64,000 bases of DNA from contig JAZDMI010000021.1 in NCBI GenBank assembly GCA_043801155.1, positions 2,683-66,682 on the forward strand, in the 5' to 3' direction. Below the pieces are notes generated by a model, which made no database searches, was not told where the DNA came from, and saw nothing but the letters and a program-made list of their open reading frames with translations. Positions 48,920 through 58,594 of this stretch are shown in pieces. This stretch comes from Candidatus Gottesmanbacteria bacterium. GTDB lineage: Bacteria; Patescibacteriota; Microgenomatia; JAMCYU01. Numbering within the stretch: position 1 is the first letter of the stretch; every line of letters begins with the position of its first letter. A program made the position numbers and the translations under genes.

Positions 48920-50308
48920 ATGTTTAGAATATTTCTTTTTATCCTTGGATCAATTTTTGCCATTACTGTTTTTACCCTTATCCAAAAGTCAGCTTTTGAA
49001 CCAATTATTCCTAAAGAAATTATGAATAGAGTTAACAGTAATCAGTCAAAAACCATTGTCTTTGGGGTGGGAGTTATGATCCAGCAAGGAAAATTATTAT
49101 GTAATCCAGCTCAAGAATATGGATCACATTTTAATTGGTTAACCCTTTCTTGGCAAAGAATTCAGCCACGACAGGATAAATGGTCTTGGACTCAATTTGA
49201 CAGTTGGGTTGATGGATACCGCAATTGTGGTCAGGAAGTAGCGGTGCATATTTTATCTGATGCTTCCTGGGCAGTTGGTCAATTACCGGAAAATATCCGG
49301 GCGATGCCGCCGAAAGACTTAAATCAATATTATACTTTTGTTTACGAAGTAGCCAAACATTATCAAGGCAAAATTAGCCGTTATGCCATCGAAAATGAAG
49401 CCCATGCCCCGGAAAATTGGGGAGGAACGGCTGAACAATACATTGCCGAGCTGCAAACTGCATATAAAGCTATTCATGCGGCTGATCCCAATGCTATCGT
49501 TACCGATGCCGGTATGTCCCATATGGGGTTGGGTTATCTAACGGCAAACTGGTTAATCTCACAAGGGAAAAGCCAACAGGCTCTGAATTTTGCTAACTCA
49601 TATGCGGCTCATCTTTATCGGGGTAATAAACCACCGTATTTGAATAGTGTTGATGAGGTAAAACAGCTTTTAAGCACCCCTGGTGTACAAAAAACAATTA
49701 GCTGGTATAACTTGATCTTAGAAAACCATCAGTATTATGACCACTTACAAATTCATAATGGTGCCCCCTGGCAGGATTTACAGCTAGTATTAGATTATGT
49801 ACATACTAACCTTCAAGCTCAGGGTGATGACAAACCTTTAGAATTATGGGAAACATGGTATAGCTGGACGGGTGCTCCCGGTAATGGTTTTAATGAGACA
49901 GAACAAGCAAAAGAAATTATAAGGTTTATGGTTACTGCTTTTTCAGGCCAAACGATAGTCTATAATTATTGGTTATTTACTGATTATGCAATTGGCGAAG
50001 GCCATCCGGGATTGGTGGATAACCAAGGAAATCCGCGGCCAGCAGCTATTGCTTATAAAATAGCGTCAGAGAAACTAAATGGTTCTTCTTTTGTGTCCAG
50101 ACTAGATTTGGGGGGGAATATAAATGCTTACAAATTTATTAACCAAACCAAGGAAGTCTTTGTCGTTTGGTCTACCAATTCTTCCCCGGTAAATGTAAGA
50201 CTACCTATAAGTCAAGTAAAAATTACTGATATTCAAGGAAACGTAACCACCGCAGATAATAACCAGATTTTGATTAGTGATTCTCCTATATTTGTTGAAC
50301 GAAGATAA
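48920..50308 (+). CDS. secreted glycoside hydrolase-like protein (clan GH-A-like)
   Basis: Signal/TM N-terminus; 'YAIENEAHAPENWGG' NE(P) acid/base-like motif. Confidence 0.4.
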   Translation: MFRIFLFILGSIFAITVFTLIQKSAFEPIIPKEIMNRVNSNQSKTIVFGVGVMIQQGKLLCNPAQEYGSHFNWLTLSWQRIQPRQDKWSWTQFDSWVDGYRNCGQEVAVHILSDASWAVGQLPENIRAMPPKDLNQYYTFVYEVAKHYQGKISRYAIENEAHAPENWGGTAEQYIAELQTAYKAIHAADPNAIVTDAGMSHMGLGYLTANWLISQGKSQQALNFANSYAAHLYRGNKPPYLNSVDEVKQLLSTPGVQKTISWYNLILENHQYYDHLQIHNGAPWQDLQLVLDYVHTNLQAQGDDKPLELWETWYSWTGAPGNGFNETEQAKEIIRFMVTAFSGQTIVYNYWLFTDYAIGEGHPGLVDNQGNPRPAAIAYKIASEKLNGSSFVSRLDLGGNINAYKFINQTKEVFVVWSTNSSPVNVRLPISQVKITDIQGNVTTADNNQILISDSPIFVERR

Positions 50309-50344
50309 AAACGCTGCTTAAGATATTTTTAATTTATAAAATAG

Positions 50345-50878
50345 TTACGAGGTTGGTTCGGGGGGTAAAAATTCCTCACCACTGGAATCTGAAGATGTAA
50401 CATATTCTCCCGGTTTAAGCCATTGGATATAAGTACAACCGGTAGCAACTCTTTTAGCGCTATCCCAACCGGCCGTCTCACACTTTTTCATTTTCTTGCC
50501 GTTAGCAGTAGTATAAAGAACTAATTTTTGCCCGCACTTTGGGCAATCCTCATCAAGTTTCTCGGTGGTACCATTTATCCACTCAATATAGTCGCAACCC
50601 TCGGCTTTTCTAGTTTCCTTATTCCAAACATTAGTTGAGCATTTTTTCATTTTCTTGCCAAACCGGGTAACTACCAAAAGAAGTGGAGAACCGCACTTCG
50701 GACATTTTTCCTCAAGAGTTTGCGGTTCTACCGCCAGCCACTTAACAAAAGTACACCCTTCATTTTGATGGGTTTCCTTATTCCAGCTGCCCTTTGAGCA
50801 ACGCTGAAGTTTTCTGCCGGTTGGTGTTTCAATAATATCGGTTAATTTGGCTCCGCATTTCGGGCATACATCATCCAT
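50345..50878 (-). CDS. triple zinc-ribbon protein resembling topoisomerase-I/YrdD-type C4 ribbons
   Basis: Three tandem units of about 55 aa, 'CPKCG..L......G.K...C.......KET....GC.Y(I/V)W'. Confidence 0.45.
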   Translation of the reverse strand: MDDVCPKCGAKLTDIIETPTGRKLQRCSKGSWNKETHQNEGCTFVKWLAVEPQTLEEKCPKCGSPLLLVVTRFGKKMKKCSTNVWNKETRKAEGCDYIEWINGTTEKLDEDCPKCGQKLVLYTTANGKKMKKCETAGWDSAKRVATGCTYIQWLKPGEYVTSSDSSGEEFLPPEPTS

Positions 50879-50973
50879 ATAGAAAATAGTATATCAGAAA
50901 AATTAAAAATAATCTTGAGCTATTTTGGAAAATTTTGCTTTTTATATTAAAACTTTACTATAATAAAGTTAAT

Positions 50974-51390
50974 ATGGTCGAAGGTGACAGAGATGTCCTT
51001 TCGAAAATAAAGACCAGAGTTAAACATATTGGTCAGGCTTTTTTACCTGATAAAGAGGAATTCATACCCTTATCTGATATTAATGCCGATACCGTATGCA
51101 AGACAATCCGGAAGTGTCTAGGCACGCCAATTCAAAAAAGGTTTATCGGAAATGCTTGGGCAAATCCTTTCTCGGTGGTTGATGTCCTTGTCCATATGGG
51201 TTATTTAGATCCCTGGGTGGAGTCTGATTATTTAGAGAAGTTTCCCGAAGAATATCGGGCAACCCGTAAAGCTCTGAATGACCTGGTTGCGAATAAGATA
51301 TTAAAGCCTGTACAATTAGAAGATAAAGATAGTCATCGCGAGGATTTATATTATCAAGTAGTAAATAGTCAAGATCTGCAAAATAATTAA
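50974..51390 (+). CDS. hypothetical protein
   Basis: ORF; internal ATG 50974 preferred. Confidence 0.35.
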   Translation: MVEGDRDVLSKIKTRVKHIGQAFLPDKEEFIPLSDINADTVCKTIRKCLGTPIQKRFIGNAWANPFSVVDVLVHMGYLDPWVESDYLEKFPEEYRATRKALNDLVANKILKPVQLEDKDSHREDLYYQVVNSQDLQNN

Positions 51391-51404
51391 TCTATTAAAA
51401 ATTT

Positions 51405-52292
51405 ATGGATCAAGAAAACCAGACAACTATTAATTCTCAACCAGTACCAGTCGCCCCCCAACAAAAAACTAATTTATGGATGATTGTTTCGCTAGTTTTG
51501 ATTACCGCCATACTTGTTGGCGGAGGCGTATTTTTTTTGATGAACTCAACTAAAAAAGAACCAACCGGTTCTTTAAGCCAGGCTGAACCAAAAGCAACAT
51601 CCCTGCCAATTGTTTCTACTCAACCTACATTAACGCCGGTTGCGATTCCCAGTCTAATATCAATTGATAATACCTGGAATAAATATACCAATTCTGTCTT
51701 GGGTTTTTCTCATAAGGTTTTAAAAAATATGATTGAACCATACGGTCTTTGCCCCTTTAGCGATACTAATGGTGATCATTCATATCGGCCAAAACCAAGT
51801 AGCGTCCCGGTTAAGATTTTTGAAGAAGGAATAAATGTTTATATCGCCAGCGAATATTTTTATAAATTGACAGGAGAAACCAATGAAAATGGCAGGTCAT
51901 TTTTTTCTGGTTGCGATAAAATCACCAACTCGGTTAGTCTGATTAAAGATATGAAAAACTATTTTTCACCGGCCTGGAGAATCGTGGTTAAAAATATAGC
52001 CAATGATAGTGAGTTAGATCAATTTCTGAAAGACAGGTATGGTGTAGGTTGCAGCTTGGGCGAAAAAAAACCGGCTAAACAAAATGGGGTTTTTGATATT
52101 CATATCAAAGGAGATGGATTAGATTTAGGGGAAACCAAATGCCCGATAAATTATATAACTGTCGTTAAATACTATCCGGAAAAGCAAAAAGTGGCTGCTT
52201 GGGATATTGGTCAAAGTTGCAGTTTTACCACTGACTTAAATTATCAAAACTGTCTTGATCAGGAAATGACTGATAGTTTTACCTTCGAATAA
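51405..52292 (+). CDS. hypothetical secreted/membrane-anchored Cys-containing protein
   Basis: TM helix at about residues 25-45, Pro/Thr-rich linker. Confidence 0.4.
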   Translation: MDQENQTTINSQPVPVAPQQKTNLWMIVSLVLITAILVGGGVFFLMNSTKKEPTGSLSQAEPKATSLPIVSTQPTLTPVAIPSLISIDNTWNKYTNSVLGFSHKVLKNMIEPYGLCPFSDTNGDHSYRPKPSSVPVKIFEEGINVYIASEYFYKLTGETNENGRSFFSGCDKITNSVSLIKDMKNYFSPAWRIVVKNIANDSELDQFLKDRYGVGCSLGEKKPAKQNGVFDIHIKGDGLDLGETKCPINYITVVKYYPEKQKVAAWDIGQSCSFTTDLNYQNCLDQEMTDSFTFE

Positions 52293-52318
52293 GGTATTTT
52301 TAAAGTAAAATCTTTAGA

Positions 52319-52696
52319 TTAATCTTCAAATTCTTCAGATTCTGGAGATTCTGAAAAGTGAAGTATCTGATTACATACCCTGACAAAATTAAGTTGCTCG
52401 TTTAGTTCTTCTTTATCATAACCATTACCAATACCGGTATGAATTTTGTGGATAAGATTCCATACCGAGGATTTTTGATAACCTCGTTGCAATAATTCAA
52501 GGTCATCTGATTTTGCTGTTCTACATAATACCCTAGATAGTGCATGCTCTACAGCTGTACTCGTATCAGGAATAACCCGCGAGCCTATAGCTTTTTGTTC
52601 TTTGGTAATAAATCGTTGAACAAATCCTTCGGCTTTTTCCCTTGAAAAATACGGGGTTCGATAATCAATTCCAAACTCTGCGCCCTTATTATTCAT
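52319..52696 (-). CDS. hypothetical protein
   Basis: ORF, no motif. Confidence 0.35.
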   Translation of the reverse strand: MNNKGAEFGIDYRTPYFSREKAEGFVQRFITKEQKAIGSRVIPDTSTAVEHALSRVLCRTAKSDDLELLQRGYQKSSVWNLIHKIHTGIGNGYDKEELNEQLNFVRVCNQILHFSESPESEEFED

Positions 52697-52731
52697 ATAA
52701 ATATATATCCTATAATATTATGGTTAGATTG

Positions 52732-53760
52732 TCAAGAGGCGCTGATTTGCTCCTTAATGAAGTTACGTAGTTCCTGCCAGTCGTCGGATTTGGGAACAAG
52801 GATAAACTGGCCTTGGGAATTTTTCCCGGACTTTAAAATATTGGCATCTGACGGAACTATTTGGCTGATCTTATATTCACTTGGGTTAACAATTAAAGAA
52901 ATAATTGTCTTGGTAGTAGCTAAGTCCAAATCGGTTTTAACGAATTTAACTAAACTGTTAAAAATCTTATCCACGTTTTTTAGGGCATTTAATGTTAACA
53001 ACTTATCTTTAATACCGATTAAAATTGTTTGTTGTCTGGCTCCCCGGCCAAAATCCGAGCCATCCTGAGCCGAATGACGCGAGCGGGCATATTTTAAAGC
53101 CATAATTCCGTCAATATGCGTTTTACCGGTATCAAAGTGAAGATGTTCGTAGCGGCAGGTAAATTGTTTTTCCAATTCAAATCCGCTTAGGGTGGCCGAA
53201 AGATTAGCGACTTCTTCCGGTGATTTTCCACAGGTTTCCAGTTCCTTGCCGGCCACCGGATAAAAATAATCGTCAAACGTCTTGGCAATATTTATATCAA
53301 TTCCGCCCAGAGAGTCAATCAGGCGGATAAAGTTTGGGAAATCAACAACTATAGCTTGCCCGATTGATAATCCGGTAATTGAGCCAACCGTTTCTTTGGC
53401 TAACGCAAATCCGCCCTTAGAGTAGGCTTCATTAATTTTCATATTATTGACATACATATCGCGGGGAATAAAAATAAGCGCGGCTTTTTTATTAATAGTA
53501 TTTATATGAACAATCATCTCAGAATCAGCTAAGATACCACCTTCATGTCCGGCTCCGCCCTGACCTAAAAGCAAGATATTATATTCTCCTTGATTTGCAG
53601 GTTTGGGGGTTATATTAGAAACTGAATTAATGGTGGTAGTTTGCTCAAGCGGGCTGATTATCTTATTGGTTTTTCTTGAGAGTAAAAAGTATGTCAAAAC
53701 ACTAATAACTATTAGTACTAGGACTATTATCGGAATGATAATTAAAACTGGTTTCTTCAT
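52732..53760 (-). CDS. LytR-CpsA-Psr (LCP) family cell-envelope phosphotransferase
   Basis: N-terminal TM; 'ILLLGQGG...DSEMIVHINT...LIFIPRDMYV' LCP core. Confidence 0.8.
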   Translation of the reverse strand: MKKPVLIIIPIIVLVLIVISVLTYFLLSRKTNKIISPLEQTTTINSVSNITPKPANQGEYNILLLGQGGAGHEGGILADSEMIVHINTINKKAALIFIPRDMYVNNMKINEAYSKGGFALAKETVGSITGLSIGQAIVVDFPNFIRLIDSLGGIDINIAKTFDDYFYPVAGKELETCGKSPEEVANLSATLSGFELEKQFTCRYEHLHFDTGKTHIDGIMALKYARSRHSAQDGSDFGRGARQQTILIGIKDKLLTLNALKNVDKIFNSLVKFVKTDLDLATTKTIISLIVNPSEYKISQIVPSDANILKSGKNSQGQFILVPKSDDWQELRNFIKEQISAS

Positions 53761-53837
53761 TTTAATATTATCGCATTATTATGATAAACTGCCAAGTGAA
53801 TAAATTATTGACTTAATATACATAAATCATTAAGATA

Positions 53838-54440
53838 TTGCTGATGAAAAAATATTCAATTTTTATAATTCTCGTTATTTTATTATTTGCTATAATACTA
53901 ATTAAGATGCAAAATTCAAATAATCAAAATAACCAACCTCCCATAGTAACACCAACCTCCGCACCGGAAAGCCTAAGCCCGACGAGTTCTGCGTCAGTCT
54001 CAGCATCTGCGGTGACAACTACGGAAACTCAAGCATTAATTAAAACCTCAAAAGGCGATATCAATCTAAGTTTATATCCGGACGCAGCGCCAAAAACAGT
54101 AGCCAATTTTATTAATAAAGCCAACAGCGGTGACTATAAAAATCTAACTTTCCACCGGGTTGAAGATTGGGTTATCCAGGGAGGCGATCCTTTAGGAAAT
54201 GGTACCGGCGGCGGAGAAATTGCTACCGAAATTAGTAATAAACCATTTGTCATTGGTTCTTTGGGAGTTGCCCGAGGGCAAGATATCAAAATCTCCAACG
54301 ACAGCCAGTTTTTTATTACCAAAACCGAGGCTTCGTGGCTAAACGGCCAATATACCAACTTCGGGCTGGTGATATCAGGAATGGAAGTAGTTAATCAAAT
54401 TCAAGTCGGCGACAAAATTTTAGACATTATTATTAAATAA
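53838..54440 (+). CDS. cyclophilin-type peptidyl-prolyl cis-trans isomerase, secreted/membrane-anchored
   Basis: 'FHRVEDWVIQGGDPLGNGTGG' cyclophilin signature. Confidence 0.85.
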   Translation: MLMKKYSIFIILVILLFAIILIKMQNSNNQNNQPPIVTPTSAPESLSPTSSASVSASAVTTTETQALIKTSKGDINLSLYPDAAPKTVANFINKANSGDYKNLTFHRVEDWVIQGGDPLGNGTGGGEIATEISNKPFVIGSLGVARGQDIKISNDSQFFITKTEASWLNGQYTNFGLVISGMEVVNQIQVGDKILDIIIK

Positions 54441-54482
54441 GAAAAATCTTTTTTCTTACCTCATTGTAGTATAATCTAGTGC

Positions 54483-54923
54483 ATGCCACCCGAACAAGAA
54501 AAAATCCTCTATCATGGTACTACTTATGGCCGTATTAAAAGGGCTGATGCTTTATATGGTTATATTAGACCGCAAGAACCAGGCATGTCAGGAAATATGA
54601 CGGATGATTATAAGACGGCAGCAGTCTTTGCTCGTCTTGCCTCTTGTACGGAGAATGGTGATATGCCGATTATACTACATATAAAACTATCAAACTCAGA
54701 AATTGTCGAACTTGGGAAAATGACACATACCAACAAAAATACTTTTGGATTAACTAAAGCGATATCTGCAGAGTTAATTCCTGAAGATTTTTTTAGCAAG
54801 ACACCTTTTTTAAAAAAACCAATTGCTTTACAGGATGAAGCTGATGGGTATGTAACCTTTTATATTATTGATAGATCAAAAATTATTAATTCCACCATAG
54901 TCCATGATGAGAATATTACTTAG
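54483..54923 (+). CDS. hypothetical protein
   Basis: ORF, no motif. Confidence 0.35.
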   Translation: MPPEQEKILYHGTTYGRIKRADALYGYIRPQEPGMSGNMTDDYKTAAVFARLASCTENGDMPIILHIKLSNSEIVELGKMTHTNKNTFGLTKAISAELIPEDFFSKTPFLKKPIALQDEADGYVTFYIIDRSKIINSTIVHDENIT

Positions 54924-55881
54924 ATTACTGCTTATACTTATAATTCTTATTGCCCTTGTCGGTGGTGTCTCCTTTTATTTTTTATCTCCAGTTGAAAATA
55001 TTAATAAACCAGTCATTTTTACTTTACAAAAAGACGATAATAAACTTGATGCGGCAATAAAACTTAAAGAACAAAAATTAATAAGAAATGTGGCGGTATT
55101 TTCTTTTCTGCTGACGTATTTTGCGGCTGATAAAAAAATACTGCCGGGTGGATATAGGTTAAATTCCAATATGAATGCTTGGCAGGTTATGGAAAAGATT
55201 ACCAAAAAACCTGATTTAGTCTGGGTGGTTATCCGGGAGGGTTTACGCAAAGAACAAGTGGCGATTGTTTTAGCCAAAGCCCTAGGTTGGACAGATAAAC
55301 AAAGAAGTTTATGGCTTGACAACTATACCAGTTCTAATCCTGAATATATTGAAGGTGTTTATTTCCCCGATACCTACCTTATTCCGGTTGATGAAAACGG
55401 CGCTGATATTGTTCGGAGGTTTATCAATAATTTTAATGCCAAAATGGCACCGCTTTTTCCTGAATTTGCTAAAAAGGACATTCTCTGGACTACCGGTATC
55501 AAAATTGCCTCATTAATCCAGCGTGAAGCCGGGGGATCGGCTGATATGCCGATTATTGCCGGAGTGATTTGGAATCGGCTTAATAAGGGAATGAAGCTGG
55601 AAATTGATGCTACGATGCAGTATACCCGGGGTGAACAAAACGATAACTGGTGGGGACCAATAGATCTGGAAGAGAAATTAACGGATTCGCCATATAACAC
55701 TTATCTATACAAAGGTTTACCACCGACGCCGATTTGTAATCCTGGTTTGGAGGCTATTAAAGCAGCCTTAAATCCGGCGGAAACCGACTGTATATTTTAT
55801 TTGCATGATGCTCAAAAACAGATTCATTGTGCCAAAACCTACGAAGAACACAAGAGAAATATCATAGAGTTTCTTAATTAA
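54904..55881 (+). CDS. mltG: MltG/YceG family endolytic transglycosylase, second paralogue
   Basis: 'ASLIQREAGG', 'YNTYLYKGLPPTPICNPG'; same architecture as 5173..6141. Confidence 0.75.
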   Translation: MMRILLRLLLILIILIALVGGVSFYFLSPVENINKPVIFTLQKDDNKLDAAIKLKEQKLIRNVAVFSFLLTYFAADKKILPGGYRLNSNMNAWQVMEKITKKPDLVWVVIREGLRKEQVAIVLAKALGWTDKQRSLWLDNYTSSNPEYIEGVYFPDTYLIPVDENGADIVRRFINNFNAKMAPLFPEFAKKDILWTTGIKIASLIQREAGGSADMPIIAGVIWNRLNKGMKLEIDATMQYTRGEQNDNWWGPIDLEEKLTDSPYNTYLYKGLPPTPICNPGLEAIKAALNPAETDCIFYLHDAQKQIHCAKTYEEHKRNIIEFLN

Positions 55882-57306
55882 ATGACTTCGTCATATATGG
55901 TAAAATGGGTGTTTGTGAAAAGAGCTATTTTACTCAACCTTTTCCTTTTTGTTTTTGTTTTAAAGCCTGTCTTTGCTTTGGAAAACAATAAATTTGGAAT
56001 TCATATTATTCAGCCGGAAGATCTCCCCCGGGCGGCGGAGCTGGTTAACAGCAATAGCGGTGATTGGGGGTATGTAACAATTGTGATTGCGGATAATGAT
56101 AGGAATAAAGATAAATGGCAAAGTTTTTTTGATGACTGCCGGCAAAAGCATTTAATCCCGCTGGTCAGAATTGCGACACATCTGGAAAATGATATTTGGA
56201 GTAAACCTGAAGAAAATCAGATTAGTGAGTGGGCAAAGTTTCTTGATAGTCTTAATTGGCCGGTTAAAACCCAATATATCAGCATTTATAATGAACCGAA
56301 TCATAACAAAGAATGGGGAGGAAAGTCAGATCCGGTCGAATACGCGAAAATTTTGGATAAAGCGTTAACCATCTTTAAACAAAAAAACAGCAATTTTTAT
56401 ATTCTGAATGCCGGTTTTGATCAAGCTGCCGGTAATTCCCCGACGACTATTGACGAAGAATGGTATATTGCGCAAATGGAAAAAGAAGTCCCGGGTATTT
56501 TTAGCCGTTTAGATGGTTGGGTATCCCATTCTTATCCTAATCATGGTTTTATTGGAAAACCATGGGAGACTGGTCGGGCATCGGTTGCCGGTTACCAATG
56601 GGAACTGTCAATTCTAAAATCTCAGTTTGGCGTGACAAAAAACCTACCAATTTTTATTACCGAGACGGGTTGGCCGCATAGATTAGACAATAGGGTAAAG
56701 GGCATAGGGTATAGTTACTACGATGAAAAGTTAACGGCCGAGTATATAAAACAGGCGTTTGAAAATGTTTGGCTAGCTGATGATCAGGTCATAGCGGTAA
56801 CCCCTTTTATTTTAAATTATCCGGCGTATCCTTTCGAAAACTTTTCCTGGTTGGATAGTAGCGGGCAACCACTTTCTCAATACCAAGAGATTAAATCAAT
56901 TAAAAAAAATATTGGTCAACCGGAACAAAAACAAAGCTTTGCATTAATTAAGTCGCCTTTTCCTCCAATAGTTACCACGAACTTGGTTTTTAACGGCAAA
57001 GTGATATTAAAAAATACCGGTCAGTCAATATGGGGAGAAAAACCATTTATATTAAAGGCCTTTGCTCCCGGTTTAAAGTTATCTGATTTAATCTTGCCTT
57101 CCGGCCAGTTAGTTAAACCCGGGCAAAGAGCGGAACTGGATTTTACTTTGGAGACAGTTAATGTCGGCGGAGATTATGTTGCCGGCTGGCAAGGACTGAC
57201 ACCCTATGAAATTAAAGTTTTTGGTATTTGGGGGTTGACAGCATCGCCAAATACACCCTTAAATAACATCCTCGAAAATATTTTTGGTTTCTGGTTTAAT
57301 CTTTAA
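55882..57306 (+). CDS. secreted glycoside hydrolase-like protein (clan GH-A-like), paralogous in architecture to 48920..50308
   Basis: 'ISIYNEPNHNKEWGG' and 'FITETGWP' (candidate acid/base and nucleophile Glu). Confidence 0.45.
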   Translation: MTSSYMVKWVFVKRAILLNLFLFVFVLKPVFALENNKFGIHIIQPEDLPRAAELVNSNSGDWGYVTIVIADNDRNKDKWQSFFDDCRQKHLIPLVRIATHLENDIWSKPEENQISEWAKFLDSLNWPVKTQYISIYNEPNHNKEWGGKSDPVEYAKILDKALTIFKQKNSNFYILNAGFDQAAGNSPTTIDEEWYIAQMEKEVPGIFSRLDGWVSHSYPNHGFIGKPWETGRASVAGYQWELSILKSQFGVTKNLPIFITETGWPHRLDNRVKGIGYSYYDEKLTAEYIKQAFENVWLADDQVIAVTPFILNYPAYPFENFSWLDSSGQPLSQYQEIKSIKKNIGQPEQKQSFALIKSPFPPIVTTNLVFNGKVILKNTGQSIWGEKPFILKAFAPGLKLSDLILPSGQLVKPGQRAELDFTLETVNVGGDYVAGWQGLTPYEIKVFGIWGLTASPNTPLNNILENIFGFWFNL

Positions 57307-57312
57307 TACTAT

Positions 57313-57341
57313 TTGCATTTTTTGGGCTCTTGAATTATAAT
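57313..57341 (+). promoter_or_regulatory. promoter of the rplC-led ribosomal operon (TTGCAT, 17 nt, TATAAT)
   Basis: Perfect -10 hexamer; same TTTGCATTTTT -35 context as the 34-43 kb element family. Confidence 0.55.
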
Positions 57342-57362
57342 AAGTGAACTTTGATATGGAGG

Positions 57363-57452
57363 TGATTTCACCGACAAAAAGTTAGAATAGCGGACTGGCA
57401 CAACGTATTTAGTCTAGGTGCAGTCGGCACCTTTTTTTGTGCCTGAAATCAC
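57363..57452 (+). promoter_or_regulatory. structured leader with attenuator-like alternative hairpins upstream of rplC
   Basis: GTGATTTCA(57363)..TGAAATCAC(57444) long-range stem; GGTGC agtcg GCACC followed by T7, alternatively GGCAC ttttttt GTGCC. Confidence 0.45.
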
Positions 57453-57466
57453 TTAAACTAAAAAAT

Positions 57467-57904
57467 ATGACAATTGTATTTAAGGGTAAAAAAATTAGTC
57501 AGGGTGAAAAGTTTACCGATGAAGGCTGGCGGATTCCCGTCACCAGCATTCAACTGGATAAAGATACCAATTTGACCGAAGGTCTTCAGGTTGGCGACAA
57601 GGTTAAAGTAAGCGGTACTTCCCGGGGTAAAGGCTTTGCGGGTGTTGTTAAGCGGTGGAAATTTGCCGGGGGGCCGAAAACCCACGGTCAATCAGATCGG
57701 GAGCGTGCTCCTGGTTCAATTGGACAAACAACCACACCGGGCCGGGTATATAAAGGTAAACGAATGGCTGGCCGAATGGGTGGAGATAAAGTAACAATTT
57801 CCGGTTTGAAAGTTGTTGAAATTAAATCAGAAGAAAAAATATTAATTGTTAAAGGTTTAATTCCGGGTCCGATCAAAGGTTTAGTTAAAATAAGTAAACC
57901 ATAA
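57467..57904 (+). CDS. rplC: 50S ribosomal protein L3, short form (about 145 aa)
   Basis: 'GKGFAGVVKRWKFAGGPKTHGQSDRERAPGSIG' L3 core; start at ATG 57467 (the track start lies within the U-tract). Confidence 0.85.
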   Translation: MTIVFKGKKISQGEKFTDEGWRIPVTSIQLDKDTNLTEGLQVGDKVKVSGTSRGKGFAGVVKRWKFAGGPKTHGQSDRERAPGSIGQTTTPGRVYKGKRMAGRMGGDKVTISGLKVVEIKSEEKILIVKGLIPGPIKGLVKISKP

Positions 57905-57911
57905 AAAATTT

Positions 57912-58589
57912 ATGCCAAAAACTAAAAAAACCATAGTTAAAGAGACGGATGAAGTAAAAAATGCTTTAACAGCCGATATATTTGATATGGATGGTAAAGT
58001 CGTGGGGAAGATAGAATTATCCAAGGATATTTTTGACACCAAGATTAACCAAACACTTCTTGCTCAATCAGTCAGAGTCTATTTGGCCAATCAACGTCAG
58101 GGCAGTGCATCAACTAAAACCCGCGGAGAGGTTGCCGGGTCAACTAAAAAAGTCTATCGGCAAAAAGGAACCGGACGGGCGCGTCATGGGTCAATTAAAG
58201 CTCCGATTTATGTTGGTGGTGGCATTGTTTTTGGACCCAAGCCGAGAGATTTTAGCCTTAAAATGCCCTCAGCCATGAAAAAAAAAGCCCTCTTTTCCGC
58301 CTTAACCGCTAAATATAAAAATAACGATATCCAAATAATTGAAGATCTAGAAAAACCAAATTATAAAACCAAAGAAATTATTAAAATGTTTCAGGCCTTA
58401 AACTCGGAAAATAAAAATAACCTCAACATTAAGACGCTTATAATTTCTACATTAAAGAATAACCTTAATCGGGCTTGCCGGAATATTGCCAATTTAACGC
58501 TGATGCCGGTGGAACTGATTAATCCTTATCAGGTTTTATCACATCAAAAAATTATCTTTACCAAAAAGGCAATTGCTAATTTACATTAA
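57912..58589 (+). CDS. rplD: 50S ribosomal protein L4
   Basis: 'KGTGRARHGS' L4 motif. Confidence 0.9.
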   Translation: MPKTKKTIVKETDEVKNALTADIFDMDGKVVGKIELSKDIFDTKINQTLLAQSVRVYLANQRQGSASTKTRGEVAGSTKKVYRQKGTGRARHGSIKAPIYVGGGIVFGPKPRDFSLKMPSAMKKKALFSALTAKYKNNDIQIIEDLEKPNYKTKEIIKMFQALNSENKNNLNIKTLIISTLKNNLNRACRNIANLTLMPVELINPYQVLSHQKIIFTKKAIANLH

Positions 58590-58594
58590 TAATT

